This document shows, in pieces, positions 7,791 to 16,595 of a DNA stretch of 53,126 nucleotides; position 1 is the stretch's first letter; the number at the start of each line of letters is the position of its first letter. The position numbers were made by a program, and so were the translations under genes. Origin of the DNA: a virus (taxonomy: Duplodnaviria; Caudoviricetes); the IMG/VR virus record IMGVR_UViG_3300031953_000274, positions 1 through 53,126 of that record; one strand, given 5' to 3'. Under the pieces are notes generated by a model, which ran no database searches, had not been told where the DNA came from, and worked only from the letters and a program-made list of their open reading frames with translations.

Positions 7791-8054
7791 CTATCCCCTC
7801 AGCCGGTTAAAAATTCCACGTATCGCCGCTTCTTCGTCCTGCCCGCTTAACCAGTCGTTCAACTCCCCTCGATCAATCTCTTTCGCCATAAACGCTGCCC
7901 ATTTTTCATGCGCCGCCCGCTGCCAGTCAGGCATATCGAAGCCTTCAAATCGTGAGCCAAAACGGTCGCGACAACTGCGGCCAGACTCTGCCAGCGGGCC
8001 AGGCGTGAGCATGATGCAGTCTTTGCCGGATACTTTTGCGGTGAGTTGGATCAC
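7791..8054 (-). CDS. Hypothetical phage protein
   Basis: 87 aa, 4-nt overlap with upstream gene. Confidence 0.5.
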   Translation of the reverse strand: MIQLTAKVSGKDCIMLTPGPLAESGRSCRDRFGSRFEGFDMPDWQRAAHEKWAAFMAKEIDRGELNDWLSGQDEEAAIRGIFNRLRG

Positions 8055-8347
8055 TCAACCCAACCCACGGCAACGAGCCCGCAGGTCCGGCACATTGCAC
8101 CGTCTTGCGTCAAATAGAACAAGTCGCTGCCACAATCGCACTCCCAGAACTCGCGCGGAACTACTGGCGCTCCGACTACCCCCATGTGCAGGCTGCATTC
8201 TGGGCATTCAAGACTGTCGTGCGATCCTGCCGGTGTCACGCATTGCCATTGGTGCTTGCAGTGCGTACAAATTGCCGGGCCGGTGAGCGTGTAAATGGTC
8301 TCGTCACCGCCTTCTTTCGCCTTATCAAATGAAACAACTTCACCCAT
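8051..8347 (-). CDS. Cys-rich zinc-ribbon protein
   Basis: CTHC, CPEC, CDC, CRTC; GGAGG RBS. Confidence 0.65.
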   Translation of the reverse strand: MGEVVSFDKAKEGGDETIYTLTGPAICTHCKHQWQCVTPAGSHDSLECPECSLHMGVVGAPVVPREFWECDCGSDLFYLTQDGAMCRTCGLVAVGWVE

Positions 8348-8807
8348 AAGTCACCTCCGCACTTTCGGCCACAGGCGTAGGCCGCCACATTTTCCGCAGC
8401 ACACGGTTATCCAGGTAAAAGACCTCGCACCGGGAAAGGCGGCCGCTCATAATGTCCTCATCGCTGTAAAAGTCTTTCCCGTCTCGACCTTTGTTCGGGT
8501 CATGCACCTTGTAACCGTCGCCATCCACTTCCACGACAACGCAATGCATGCTGCCGGGCAGGTTCAGGCTGCAAGTCCCAACGATGTATATTCCGCAGGT
8601 ATCAAAGGGGTGCGGCTGGAACGTGGTGTTAACCGGCCATATTTTGTGTTCAACAAGAACCGTTGCCTTTTCATCGAATGAAAGGCCGTGGTCACCAAAG
8701 CGCTCAACCAACTCATGAACGTCTTCACCCGTAACCATTGCCAGGCATGCATGCACGCACGTCAAATGTGTTGGCTGCTCAATGTGCTCTATCTTCTTCA
8801 TATTCAC
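8340..8807 (-). CDS. Papain-fold (C39-like) peptidase-like protein
   Basis: QPTHLTCVHACLAMV, HCVV, VHDPN give a Cys-His-Asp arrangement. Confidence 0.6.
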   Translation of the reverse strand: MNMKKIEHIEQPTHLTCVHACLAMVTGEDVHELVERFGDHGLSFDEKATVLVEHKIWPVNTTFQPHPFDTCGIYIVGTCSLNLPGSMHCVVVEVDGDGYKVHDPNKGRDGKDFYSDEDIMSGRLSRCEVFYLDNRVLRKMWRPTPVAESAEVTYG

Positions 8808-8876
8808 CTCGTCACTCCAAAACCAAAAGAATCAGCATTGTTGCGTGTTGGCCGGCTATGATTGCGGTCAACTGGA

Positions 8877-9539
8877 TCATTCGGCGCCATTCATCTCAAG
8901 CCACCGGTTCAACGTATCTCGCGCTTCCTCAATGTCTTGCTGCTTCGACTTGCCGCCCGTCCGAACGCCGCTCAGCAGCAGCTTTTTGCTCGCGTGTTGA
9001 ATGCAGCCGCTTGGGTCGTCAATGGCATAAAGCCGGTGGGTTTCGTAAACGTCGATTGAGTCCAGGTGACGCACGTCCTTTCGGTACTTTGCGTATTTTT
9101 CGGGCCCTGTCTGCTTCGGCTGGGTCTCTTCTTCTTCAGGCGTCACGGTGCAGTCTGGGATTTTTGAGGCCAGACCTACTGGCGGCGCATCGCCGCACAC
9201 GCCATTAATCGCTCTCGCCAACTCCAGGGTAACGGTGCCGCTATCGTATTCGCCGCAAATGCCAGGAAAAGCCTCGTATTGACAATGTTCCTCACCGCAA
9301 ACCGGACAAGAAGTGTCGGGCCACACGTCCTTTCCGGGGAACCAATACCCCAGCAGCGTCCTGGCTGCCGCCCATTGCTCTCGATTTATGTACTTACAGA
9401 CGGCTGAATCGCCGCCCTCAATGATGTGGATAACATCGCCTGGCCCCAGGTAAATAAAATCGGCACCCTTTGGCCACTCTTTTACATGCTCGGCAATGTG
9501 CGCCAGATCTGCCGCTTCTTGCTTGTTTGGATTAATCAT
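8877..9539 (-). CDS. Modular phage protein with a C-terminal DUF3310-like domain
   Basis: IDVY..CIQHASKKLLLSGVRTGGKSKQQDIEEARDTLNRWLE. Confidence 0.55.
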   Translation of the reverse strand: MINPNKQEAADLAHIAEHVKEWPKGADFIYLGPGDVIHIIEGGDSAVCKYINREQWAAARTLLGYWFPGKDVWPDTSCPVCGEEHCQYEAFPGICGEYDSGTVTLELARAINGVCGDAPPVGLASKIPDCTVTPEEEETQPKQTGPEKYAKYRKDVRHLDSIDVYETHRLYAIDDPSGCIQHASKKLLLSGVRTGGKSKQQDIEEARDTLNRWLEMNGAE

Positions 9540-9578
9540 GCTGCCATCCTCTCTTTTTGGATTTCGCGAATTTGCTGA

Positions 9579-10196
9579 TTACATTGCATGCGTCACGCCT
9601 CCAGTTAAGTGTGGCCATATCCTTCCTGTTTTTATGGAGCTGACGGTTGATGCTGCTATGCCGTGATCTTTGGCTATTTCTTTGTGGCGCCGACTGTCGT
9701 TGAATATTGAGATTACTTGATGATCTTTAAGCTTAGAGTTTTTTGCGTTTTCGCCAAAAGGGGCATTCACCCTGCCTCTGTTAACCATATCTCTGGAATT
9801 TTCGGCGGGCGTTCCAAGGTACAAGTGATCTGGGTTTATGCAGGCTGGGTTGTCGCAATGATGCAAAGCAAGAAGATCTGTTTCTTCAATGCCAAGATGA
9901 TTGAGCAAGCTCAACCGATGTGCGCCAATTCGCTTTGCTTTGTAGCAAGCAAGCCCATAGCCATACACGTTTAGCGTCCCAGTCCAGTTCCAGCAGCCGC
10001 TAACAGAAACCTCGTAGTCAGCAAGGACTAAATCTAATGGCCGAAAATAAGCTGGCCTCTTTGGCTTCTTCCTGCACTCCTTGCAATATGGAAAAAGGCC
10101 ATCTTTTCGCTTTGCGTCTGTGTGAAATTCCTTAGGGGCTTTCTCGTTGCCGCACTTTACGCACAGCTTCTTAGCTTCATTATTTGTCGCGCTCAC
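9579..10196 (-). CDS. HNH homing-type endonuclease
   Basis: CWNWTG, AHR, LHHCDNPACINPDHLYLGT..ENSRDM; N-terminal CxxC pairs; C-terminal HTH. Confidence 0.9.
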   Translation of the reverse strand: MSATNNEAKKLCVKCGNEKAPKEFHTDAKRKDGLFPYCKECRKKPKRPAYFRPLDLVLADYEVSVSGCWNWTGTLNVYGYGLACYKAKRIGAHRLSLLNHLGIEETDLLALHHCDNPACINPDHLYLGTPAENSRDMVNRGRVNAPFGENAKNSKLKDHQVISIFNDSRRHKEIAKDHGIAASTVSSIKTGRIWPHLTGGVTHAM

Positions 10197-10801
10197 GCTG
10201 CCTCCTGCTCTTTCCGTAATTCCCGCGTTCTTGCCCTGTAATGCGCTGCCATGGCTTTCATCTCATCAGCTGTGTACTTCTTCGCCTCATTCGGACCTTC
10301 CAGCCGGTCAACTTCTGCCTGCCCAATTTTCTCAATTAGCCTTACCCTGTACTCATCGCCGACCGTGCGCCTTTTCCCAGCGTACTTTCCCTCGCCCGCA
10401 TTACATGATTTGAGCTGCTTGTGGCAGTTGGCCTCGTCAAACCTTAGTTCTGGGTGGCCACCCACTGAAAGGAAGTGCCCCGCATCCCACTGGCCGCCAA
10501 GCTTCCAGAACTCGTCATCGCCCCACTGCCCGCAACAGATGCAAGGCAGGTGCGCATCTCTGGCGCGAATAAACCGGTTAAAATCACGCTGGCAGTCTTT
10601 CTCATAATCTCGGCGCGTCTTCAGTTTTTCTCGCCCCTCGCGAACCCACTTGCGCTGCTCTTTTTCGCGGTTCGTGCTGGCCAGGTGCAGGCCATGCTTG
10701 GTGGCGCAATCGTATGAGCAGAAGCCGGCAGCCTCGATGGGCGTGGATGCCTTTTTGGCCGGCAGTGGCAGGCGGCACTGTTTGGAGCGGCACTTTCTCA
10801 T
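10193..10801 (-). CDS. ninG: NinG/Rap recombination endonuclease
   Basis: Start reassigned to MRKCRSKQC; FCSYDC, FNRFIRARD..LPCICCG, WDAGHF, ELRFDEANCHKQ..CN. Confidence 0.9.
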   Translation of the reverse strand: MRKCRSKQCRLPLPAKKASTPIEAAGFCSYDCATKHGLHLASTNREKEQRKWVREGREKLKTRRDYEKDCQRDFNRFIRARDAHLPCICCGQWGDDEFWKLGGQWDAGHFLSVGGHPELRFDEANCHKQLKSCNAGEGKYAGKRRTVGDEYRVRLIEKIGQAEVDRLEGPNEAKKYTADEMKAMAAHYRARTRELRKEQEAA

Positions 10802-10950
10802 CCGACGGCCGCTCCAACGATTGTTACAGCGGAGTAAATGGCAGCCACGGCAAATATCCATGCGGATAGAAAATTCCGCGCGCGAATATCGTAGCCGACC
10901 ATCCCGCAGGTAAAAGCGAGTGCAAGTATCGACGCATATAAAATAATCAC
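10798..10950 (-). CDS. Small two-TM membrane protein (50 aa)
   Basis: Read by hand; 4-nt overlaps on both sides; hydrophobic. Confidence 0.5.
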   Translation of the reverse strand: MIILYASILALAFTCGMVGYDIRARNFLSAWIFAVAAIYSAVTIVGAAVG

Positions 10951-11177
10951 TCCACACCCTCCCGCGGCTCGTTCGGCTCAACGCCCAACTCCAGGCAAGT
11001 ATCGATGTAGTCGTCAATCGCGGCTTTTGCTTCCTGCTCCATATCGCCGACGCGATCAGCGATGACAGTGATGAGATCTTTGATGTAAAGGATGCGCCCG
11101 CACCAGTGGCTATCGTCGCGCTCAAACTCTACGGTGTAGCCCTTGTGACGTACTGTTAAAGTGCCTGTAACAATCAT
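10947..11177 (-). CDS. hicB: HicB-like antitoxin domain protein (orphan)
   Basis: HKGYTVEF..WCGRILYIKDLIT..AIDDYIDTCLELGVEP matches the HicB N-terminal pattern; no DNA-binding tail. Confidence 0.7.
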   Translation of the reverse strand: MIVTGTLTVRHKGYTVEFERDDSHWCGRILYIKDLITVIADRVGDMEQEAKAAIDDYIDTCLELGVEPNEPREGVE

Positions 11178-11398
11178 TCCACCCCCTCCACTTCATCCAT
11201 CGCGCTCATGGCGTAATGTCTGAACGTCAGATCCACCGCCCGGCTCCGGCCCACTTCCGAACACTCGATCTTGCCGCCAGATGCCAGAAACTCGGCGGTC
11301 TGCGCTTCGATCCTGGCCGATTCGTGGCGCTTCATGCTGTTGCTGCGCATTGAGATGTTGACGGGCTGATAGCGCTGCTTTAGCTCTTCTTCGGTCAT
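11174..11398 (-). CDS. SutA-like RNA-polymerase-binding small protein
   Basis: RIEAQTAEFLASGGKIE motif. Confidence 0.6.
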   Translation of the reverse strand: MTEEELKQRYQPVNISMRSNSMKRHESARIEAQTAEFLASGGKIECSEVGRSRAVDLTFRHYAMSAMDEVEGVE

Positions 11399-11871
11399 GC
11401 GGCTCTTGCCTCCTGCATCTCGTCGTAAATGGCCAATGATTTATCGCTCCAGTGCACGCTGTATTCGGCACCGGTGGCGTACAGAAACTCAATGAAATCC
11501 GCGGCTTCTTTTTTGCGGAAACCCTTCGTGCTGGGGCGAACGTAGACTTGCACCTGATTCACCCAGTCCCACGCCTGCTCGCCTGGCTTGCCCAGGGGCT
11601 CCCCGTTGCGCTCCATTTCGAGAGCAAACTGATTGACCAATGCCGCTTTGAGCGCCTCGCGTGAGTAGCCACGGAAGCACTGAAGGCGGATTTCTTCGAT
11701 CATTACGTGATATTTAGCTTCCTGCTCGCGGCTCTTGCTCTCTCGGCCAAGTGTCAATAGCACCGGGCCTGCGGTTAGGGCTCGCTCTACGGTTTCCTGC
11801 ATCCATCGGGCAATTAATGAGATCTGTTCGGGGCGCTCGATCTTGCGGGTTAGTTGGCCGGGGCGGCTCAT
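11395..11871 (-). CDS. NinB/YbcN-like protein
   Basis: KSREQEAKYH, RPSTKGF.K.E.ADFIEFLYA.GAE..V.W; nin region position. Confidence 0.7.
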   Translation of the reverse strand: MSRPGQLTRKIERPEQISLIARWMQETVERALTAGPVLLTLGRESKSREQEAKYHVMIEEIRLQCFRGYSREALKAALVNQFALEMERNGEPLGKPGEQAWDWVNQVQVYVRPSTKGFRKKEAADFIEFLYATGAEYSVHWSDKSLAIYDEMQEARAA

Positions 11872-12005
11872 CTCCCACCTCCAGCCAAAAACAGAGCCGC
11901 CACGGACACTCCAAGCCAGTAGCCAAAATCATTACCTTGACCAAGCTGAACGCCCGCACCGATCAATAGAAAGGCCCCAAAGGTGACAAGGATAAACTTC
12001 CACAT
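11868..12005 (-). CDS. Small membrane protein (45 aa)
   Basis: Read by hand (MWKFILVTFG...); GGAGG RBS, overlaps neighbours. Confidence 0.45.
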   Translation of the reverse strand: MWKFILVTFGAFLLIGAGVQLGQGNDFGYWLGVSVAALFLAGGGR

Positions 12006-12139
12006 CACTCACCTCCTTTGATATGCCCGGTACGCATAGCATTACCAACGAACCGCTGGCTGCGATAGGCGGGCGGCATGAGCTTGAGCGCGAACGATAT
12101 GAGCCTGCAGCCTGCCCAGATTCTGATAGAGGCGATCAC
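12005..12139 (-). CDS. Hypothetical protein (44 aa)
   Basis: Read by hand; GTG start overlapping upstream stop, fills gap. Confidence 0.35.
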   Translation of the reverse strand: MIASIRIWAGCRLISFALKLMPPAYRSQRFVGNAMRTGHIKGGE

Positions 12140-12900
12140 TTGTCAGCCCTCCGCAGCATTCCGGCGTCGTAAAGTTCCATCGCAAAACCAGACAGCAATG
12201 TGTGCTGTTCTTGGCTGACCGTGCGGCTAAATGTTTTAAGTGCGGCATTTACAGATGATTCCCGGTCGCGCTCCGCCTGGGTGCGGATTGGGCGGAACTG
12301 CGTTGCATCACCAATCAGGGGGAGGTATTCGGTTTGGCAGAAAGCAACCGCTTCTCCGTGATCCTCGCCGTGTGCGATTATCTTTGCTGGAATCCAGTGG
12401 CCGTGATGTGCGACTTTGCACTCACACCCAACAGGCGGCAGGCCAATGCCATCCCATTCCGGTGAGGCTGGCTTGGCGGGACGCGGAATAAACCTTCCTG
12501 GCTCGTCAGACCCTGGGTTTATGACGCTCCAAGGCTTGAAACCGTAATCTGTGTAATAACCTTTTTCGTCACAAAAGAAACCGCTCTCCTTGTCGTAATA
12601 AGTCCGGCCCGGAACCGAAACGCTATCCCAGTATTTCCGGTCACACTTCAACCGCTCGATGTCAATTTCCATGCTGCCTCCGGGCACTGGATCAACGCTG
12701 GATTCTGGCCGCCTCATGAATATTCCGGTGTCCATAAATGTAACGACCGGCTTTGGCCCTTGGCGCAGCACCACCCACTGCTCTGAATCAAAGGGCTTCA
12801 CAAACGCGCCGTAATACTCGCTGTAATGCGTGGCATCTTCAGGAGCCCATACGCCCCACCATTGCGGGTCTTTCAACTGCGCTGCTGTTGGTTTGTTCAT
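12136..12900 (-). CDS. Modular hypothetical phage protein
   Basis: Start MNKPT at 12900; APEDATHY and WDGIGLPPVGCEC modules common in gammaproteobacterial phage early genes. Confidence 0.7.
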   Translation of the reverse strand: MNKPTAAQLKDPQWWGVWAPEDATHYSEYYGAFVKPFDSEQWVVLRQGPKPVVTFMDTGIFMRRPESSVDPVPGGSMEIDIERLKCDRKYWDSVSVPGRTYYDKESGFFCDEKGYYTDYGFKPWSVINPGSDEPGRFIPRPAKPASPEWDGIGLPPVGCECKVAHHGHWIPAKIIAHGEDHGEAVAFCQTEYLPLIGDATQFRPIRTQAERDRESSVNAALKTFSRTVSQEQHTLLSGFAMELYDAGMLRRADK

Positions 12901-13088
12901 CGCAGCGTCCTCGCGACGTACAGGAACATGCACGAAAAAATAAGCACAAGTGCGGCAAGCTCTATTTGCCCGTCAGCCGCCGCAAGTCCTGCTAGGCCCA
13001 GCGCTGCCAACCCGAGCAACAAAAAATAAACGAATAACAGAAATACTATGAGGTCGAATTTCACTGGCTGTACCGTTGGTTTGTTCAT
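12897..13088 (-). CDS. Small two-TM membrane protein
   Basis: Start MNKPTVQ at 13088; two hydrophobic segments. Confidence 0.55.
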   Translation of the reverse strand: MNKPTVQPVKFDLIVFLLFVYFLLLGLAALGLAGLAAADGQIELAALVLIFSCMFLYVARTLR

Positions 13089-13285
13089 GCTGCACTCTCC
13101 GGATTCGGCGCGGGTGGGCGTTTGGCGTACTCGCCATAGCTGTTTAAATAAATCAGGCCGGATACGCACAGCTCGTTAATCAGGCGCATGACCTGCACTT
13201 CGTTTGCGTCCAGCAGTTGGCCTATTCGGCGGCGATTGAGCGGCTGATTTTTCAGGGCTTCTAAAATCGTTTCTTGCTGAGTCAT
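13085..13285 (-). CDS. Winged-helix DNA-binding protein
   Basis: MTQQETILEALKNQPLNRRRIGQLL..V.RLINEL..SGLI. Confidence 0.6.
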   Translation of the reverse strand: MTQQETILEALKNQPLNRRRIGQLLDANEVQVMRLINELCVSGLIYLNSYGEYAKRPPAPNPESAA

Positions 13286-13473
13286 ACCTTGCCCTCCGAG
13301 GTAAACGGCACGTCCACACGCCTGGCCGGCTGGTGCCACACTTCTCGGATCTTTGGAGTGTCGGTCATGGGCTCCAGCGTTAATTCCGAGCGCTCGCATT
13401 TGTGCATTTCGAGTTCGGACAAGTGGACGCCATTCTGTAAGTGGGTGCCGCGCTGGCAGTGTGGGCAGTTCAT
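13282..13473 (-). CDS. Small CxxC protein
   Basis: MNCPHC; 4-nt overlaps both sides. Confidence 0.5.
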   Translation of the reverse strand: MNCPHCQRGTHLQNGVHLSELEMHKCERSELTLEPMTDTPKIREVWHQPARRVDVPFTSEGKV

Positions 13474-14354
13474 GCGACTTGCTCCCATTGCATAAATTCT
13501 GACCCGAACGCTTCACACGACTCGCCGCAACCATTCGCCTGATCCAGATCGAAAAGCATTTCCTGCTTCCAGTCGTCACTCTCAACGAAAGGACGGAATG
13601 ATTGATCTGCCAGCGCGAACAAGTCATCTGCGCTCATGTTCTGGCGGAAGAACACTCTCGGGTTGCCGTCTACGTTATGCCCGCTGAGGCCGTGCTCAGC
13701 CTCCATGCGGCGCGGAAAGTCGTATATCTCTGGGGTTTCGTTAATTAGAGTCAGGTGCTTGCGAAGTGATTTCTTCCAGCACCAGGCGCAGTTCCCTTGA
13801 TGCTCCAACAATTCCAGATCAAACGGCTGTTTGAGCCACCAGCGTTTAACGTCTTGCTTGGTAATGCCCATCCCGACCAGCGGATACCAAAACCGAAGCG
13901 CTCGGAACTTTGGGTTGATGCGGTCTATTTCATCGGCGCGAATGCCAATGGCTGTTGTCCACTTGCTCCAGCCAAGCGACTTGATGTAGCTCGTCATCGC
14001 GTTGGTTTTCAGTTCGCGTGTACAGTGCGGATAAGCCTGGTTCGGAATGCCGTATTCCTTGACGACTTCTTCAAAAGGCTCGCTGTTGCGGCTGGCTGTC
14101 TCAAAATTCACAACCTTGTGCGTGCTGCCTTTGCGCTGGCCGTGATGGACAACGGCCTCAACCCAAGCCACGTTCCAACCGAAATGCTTATCGCACTTGT
14201 CCACGAACTCTAAAGTCTCTTCGCGCTCAGATCCGGTATTGGCGAATACCACCTGAATGTCGAACTGGTCGCTGTAGTTATTGACCAGAAACCAAGTCAT
14301 AAAGCCGGAAGTGCGACCACCTGAAAAGCTGATAAATAGCTTTGGCTTGCTCAT
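13470..14354 (-). CDS. PAPS-reductase-like (PP-loop adenine nucleotide alpha hydrolase) protein
   Basis: SFSGGRTS, FANTG.E, CTRELK, IGIRADE, GNCAWC, C-terminal CGESCE. Confidence 0.85.
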   Translation of the reverse strand: MSKPKLFISFSGGRTSGFMTWFLVNNYSDQFDIQVVFANTGSEREETLEFVDKCDKHFGWNVAWVEAVVHHGQRKGSTHKVVNFETASRNSEPFEEVVKEYGIPNQAYPHCTRELKTNAMTSYIKSLGWSKWTTAIGIRADEIDRINPKFRALRFWYPLVGMGITKQDVKRWWLKQPFDLELLEHQGNCAWCWKKSLRKHLTLINETPEIYDFPRRMEAEHGLSGHNVDGNPRVFFRQNMSADDLFALADQSFRPFVESDDWKQEMLFDLDQANGCGESCEAFGSEFMQWEQVA

Positions 14355-14385
14355 AGCTCCACCCCCATGCGCTCAAGCTCGATGC

Positions 14386-15762
14386 TCATAGCTCCATCCC
14401 CCGCTTGTTTTTTTGTCGCTTATGGTATTGCTCCTGCTCATTCGCCTCTTTCGCTGCACGGAGGCCGTTAAAGTCGATCTTGTGGCCCAAGGCTTTGAAT
14501 CGTGAGTATTTCCCTTCAAACTCCAATGCCTCGCTGCCACGCTCACCCATGCGTATCTTTCCGAAGATGATTTCAGTGGTTGCGTCAGGGTCGTCCGGGT
14601 TGTCGTAGTAGCCTTGACGGAAGGGGAATATGATTATGTCCGCGTCCTGCTCGATGGCACCGGATTCACGCAGGTCGCTCATCATTGGCCGCTTGTCGTC
14701 TCTAGACTCAACGCCGCGACTAAGTTGTGACAGGGCGATCACCGGGCACTTGAACTCTTTGGCCAGACCTTTCAGTCCGCCTGAAATCTTTGTGATCTCG
14801 TTGGTGCGGTTCTCTGCTTTGGCCTGCATAAGCTGCAGATAGTCCACCATGATGAGTCCCAAGCCCCCGCACTTACGCTTAACCTCGTGTGCCCTGGCTC
14901 GCATCTGGGCGATGGTCAAGCCACCACGGTCGTCTATGTGCAGGCGGGCACTCTGAATGAGCAAGTTTGCCGCGGTGAACTTGCTCCAATCTGAATCTGA
15001 TAGAGCTCCCCGGCGCAGGTCGTTCAAGTTGATCCCGCCAAGGGATGCGGTCATCTTCTCCATAATCTGAGGGGCACTCATTTCCATACTGAACACCAGG
15101 CTTGGCACGCCGTCACGAATGGCGTTGTGCTCCACGATATTCATGGCGAACGTGCTTTTCCCCATCGAAGGTCTGCCGGCAACGATGACCAGATCACCCT
15201 CGCGGAAGCCGTTGATTCGCTCATCCAGGTGCGGGTAGCCTGTGGATAATCCAATCAGCTCGCCGCCCGCATCGTTCCGGCGCTGCATTTCCTTGATAAA
15301 CTCACCACTGGCACGCTTCATATCCCAAAGGCTTTCGTCGTCCTTCTGGCCCTGGACAGACTCAAACACGGATAAAATCTTTTCTTGTGCTACCTGTACG
15401 TTTTTTTCTTCGTCCAGAATGGTCCGGGCAGTCAGCGCGGCGCCGTACAGGTCACGGCGTAATCCACGGTTGCTCAGGATCTCGCAATAGGCTGGAAGGT
15501 TCTCGATGTTCGGCTTGTGGCTCTGCTCAGCAATCTCGGCAAGCAAGGCGCCTGCATTCACCACGCCTTCAGATTCCATGCGCTCGAAAACGGTAATCAG
15601 GTCAACGGGGCGATTTTCTTGCAGCAGGTCGTAGGCGGTCTGTGCGTACTGGCGCAACTCCACGCCAAAGTCTCCAGGCTTGATCTTGTCGAATACCTGA
15701 GCCGCATAGTCGGCACGCAGGGTCAGGCTTAGAACGGCGGCTTCGTAAACGTCGATGCTCAT
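14386..15762 (-). CDS. dnaB: Replicative DNA helicase
   Basis: AGRPSMGKS, FSMEM, VDYLQLM, LSQLSR, SDLRESGAIEQDAD. Confidence 0.97.
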   Translation of the reverse strand: MSIDVYEAAVLSLTLRADYAAQVFDKIKPGDFGVELRQYAQTAYDLLQENRPVDLITVFERMESEGVVNAGALLAEIAEQSHKPNIENLPAYCEILSNRGLRRDLYGAALTARTILDEEKNVQVAQEKILSVFESVQGQKDDESLWDMKRASGEFIKEMQRRNDAGGELIGLSTGYPHLDERINGFREGDLVIVAGRPSMGKSTFAMNIVEHNAIRDGVPSLVFSMEMSAPQIMEKMTASLGGINLNDLRRGALSDSDWSKFTAANLLIQSARLHIDDRGGLTIAQMRARAHEVKRKCGGLGLIMVDYLQLMQAKAENRTNEITKISGGLKGLAKEFKCPVIALSQLSRGVESRDDKRPMMSDLRESGAIEQDADIIIFPFRQGYYDNPDDPDATTEIIFGKIRMGERGSEALEFEGKYSRFKALGHKIDFNGLRAAKEANEQEQYHKRQKNKRGMEL

Positions 15763-16595
15763 GAAGCCTCCTGCAAGTCACTGCGGCGGTCATCGCCCTG
15801 GTGGTAATAGCCTTCGATCACCTTAATCATGTTCGATTCGTTCAGAAGCCAGTCGAAGTTAGGGCGCCAGTCGAAACCCTCTTTTGTGCCTGTGAGGGTC
15901 TTGGATCGGCGAACGTGCAGAAAATACTTGCGCCAAAATTCCAGATCACTGCCTTTGGAGTGCTCACCCCAACTTTGCTTCCAGCGAGCGCGAATCAGGC
16001 TTTTGCGCTTTTCGTTCAGTTTTACAATTTCCGACAGGAAGTCTTTGGCTAGCAGTTCGTTGTAGAGGTTCGATATGCCCTCGTAGTTAGGCTGATCTTT
16101 TTGGACAGGCCGGATCTTTTCGCCCGCGCCCTCATCGCCAGATGACGGAGTGTTATTACTCTGTTCTGTTCTGTTCTGTTCTTTATTCGTTGACCTTTCG
16201 TTAGACGATTGCTCAACGGGCGTTGAACGGGCGTTACTTTGCCTCTTCAATTCATCGCGCTTTGCAGCCTTTCTTGCCTCTGCGGAAGCCTTGCCAGCAG
16301 CGGCTCTCTGGGCTTGCGAATCTTTGGCAGCAATCAGGTCTGCTTCAATCCGTTCGTGCTTCCAGCAGCCGTCAGTCTCAACAAAGAACTCGATCAACGA
16401 TTGCTCAACGTCTGCCCAGCGGTCGCTGGACACTCGCGAGATCTTTTGAAGGCGTGATTCTGGGATTGGCTTTCCGGTCTGCCAGTAGTTGAAGATCAGC
16501 AGCAGGTACGCACCGTGTTCCTCTGCGGTCAGGTGCATTGTGTCGGCCTGGTACTCGGCCACATAAAATTGCATATACGGAAGTGCAGCCATCAC
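15759..16595 (-). CDS. Phage replication initiator (YdaU/DUF1376 N-terminus)
   Basis: LPYMQFYVAEYQADTMHLTAEEHGAYLLL; C-terminal W..NFDWLL....KVIEGYY; upstream of dnaB. Confidence 0.88.
   Translation of the reverse strand: MMAALPYMQFYVAEYQADTMHLTAEEHGAYLLLIFNYWQTGKPIPESRLQKISRVSSDRWADVEQSLIEFFVETDGCWKHERIEADLIAAKDSQAQRAAAGKASAEARKAAKRDELKRQSNARSTPVEQSSNERSTNKEQNRTEQSNNTPSSGDEGAGEKIRPVQKDQPNYEGISNLYNELLAKDFLSEIVKLNEKRKSLIRARWKQSWGEHSKGSDLEFWRKYFLHVRRSKTLTGTKEGFDWRPNFDWLLNESNMIKVIEGYYHQGDDRRSDLQEAS
16161..16235. repeat. Iteron-like repeats, probable replication origin
   Basis: (CTGTT)x4 at 16161-16180; AACGGGCGTT twice (16215-16235); TCAACG-GG-CGTTGA palindrome; lies in the linker of the initiator gene. 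Confidence 0.55.

Noticed and set aside
10802-11125. N-terminal extension of NinG in the ORF track (also long starts for 21391, 17997, 6290, 13627, 49573)
   Set aside because: Extensions overlap better-supported upstream genes or regulatory DNA; internal ATGs have RBS or stop-start coupling
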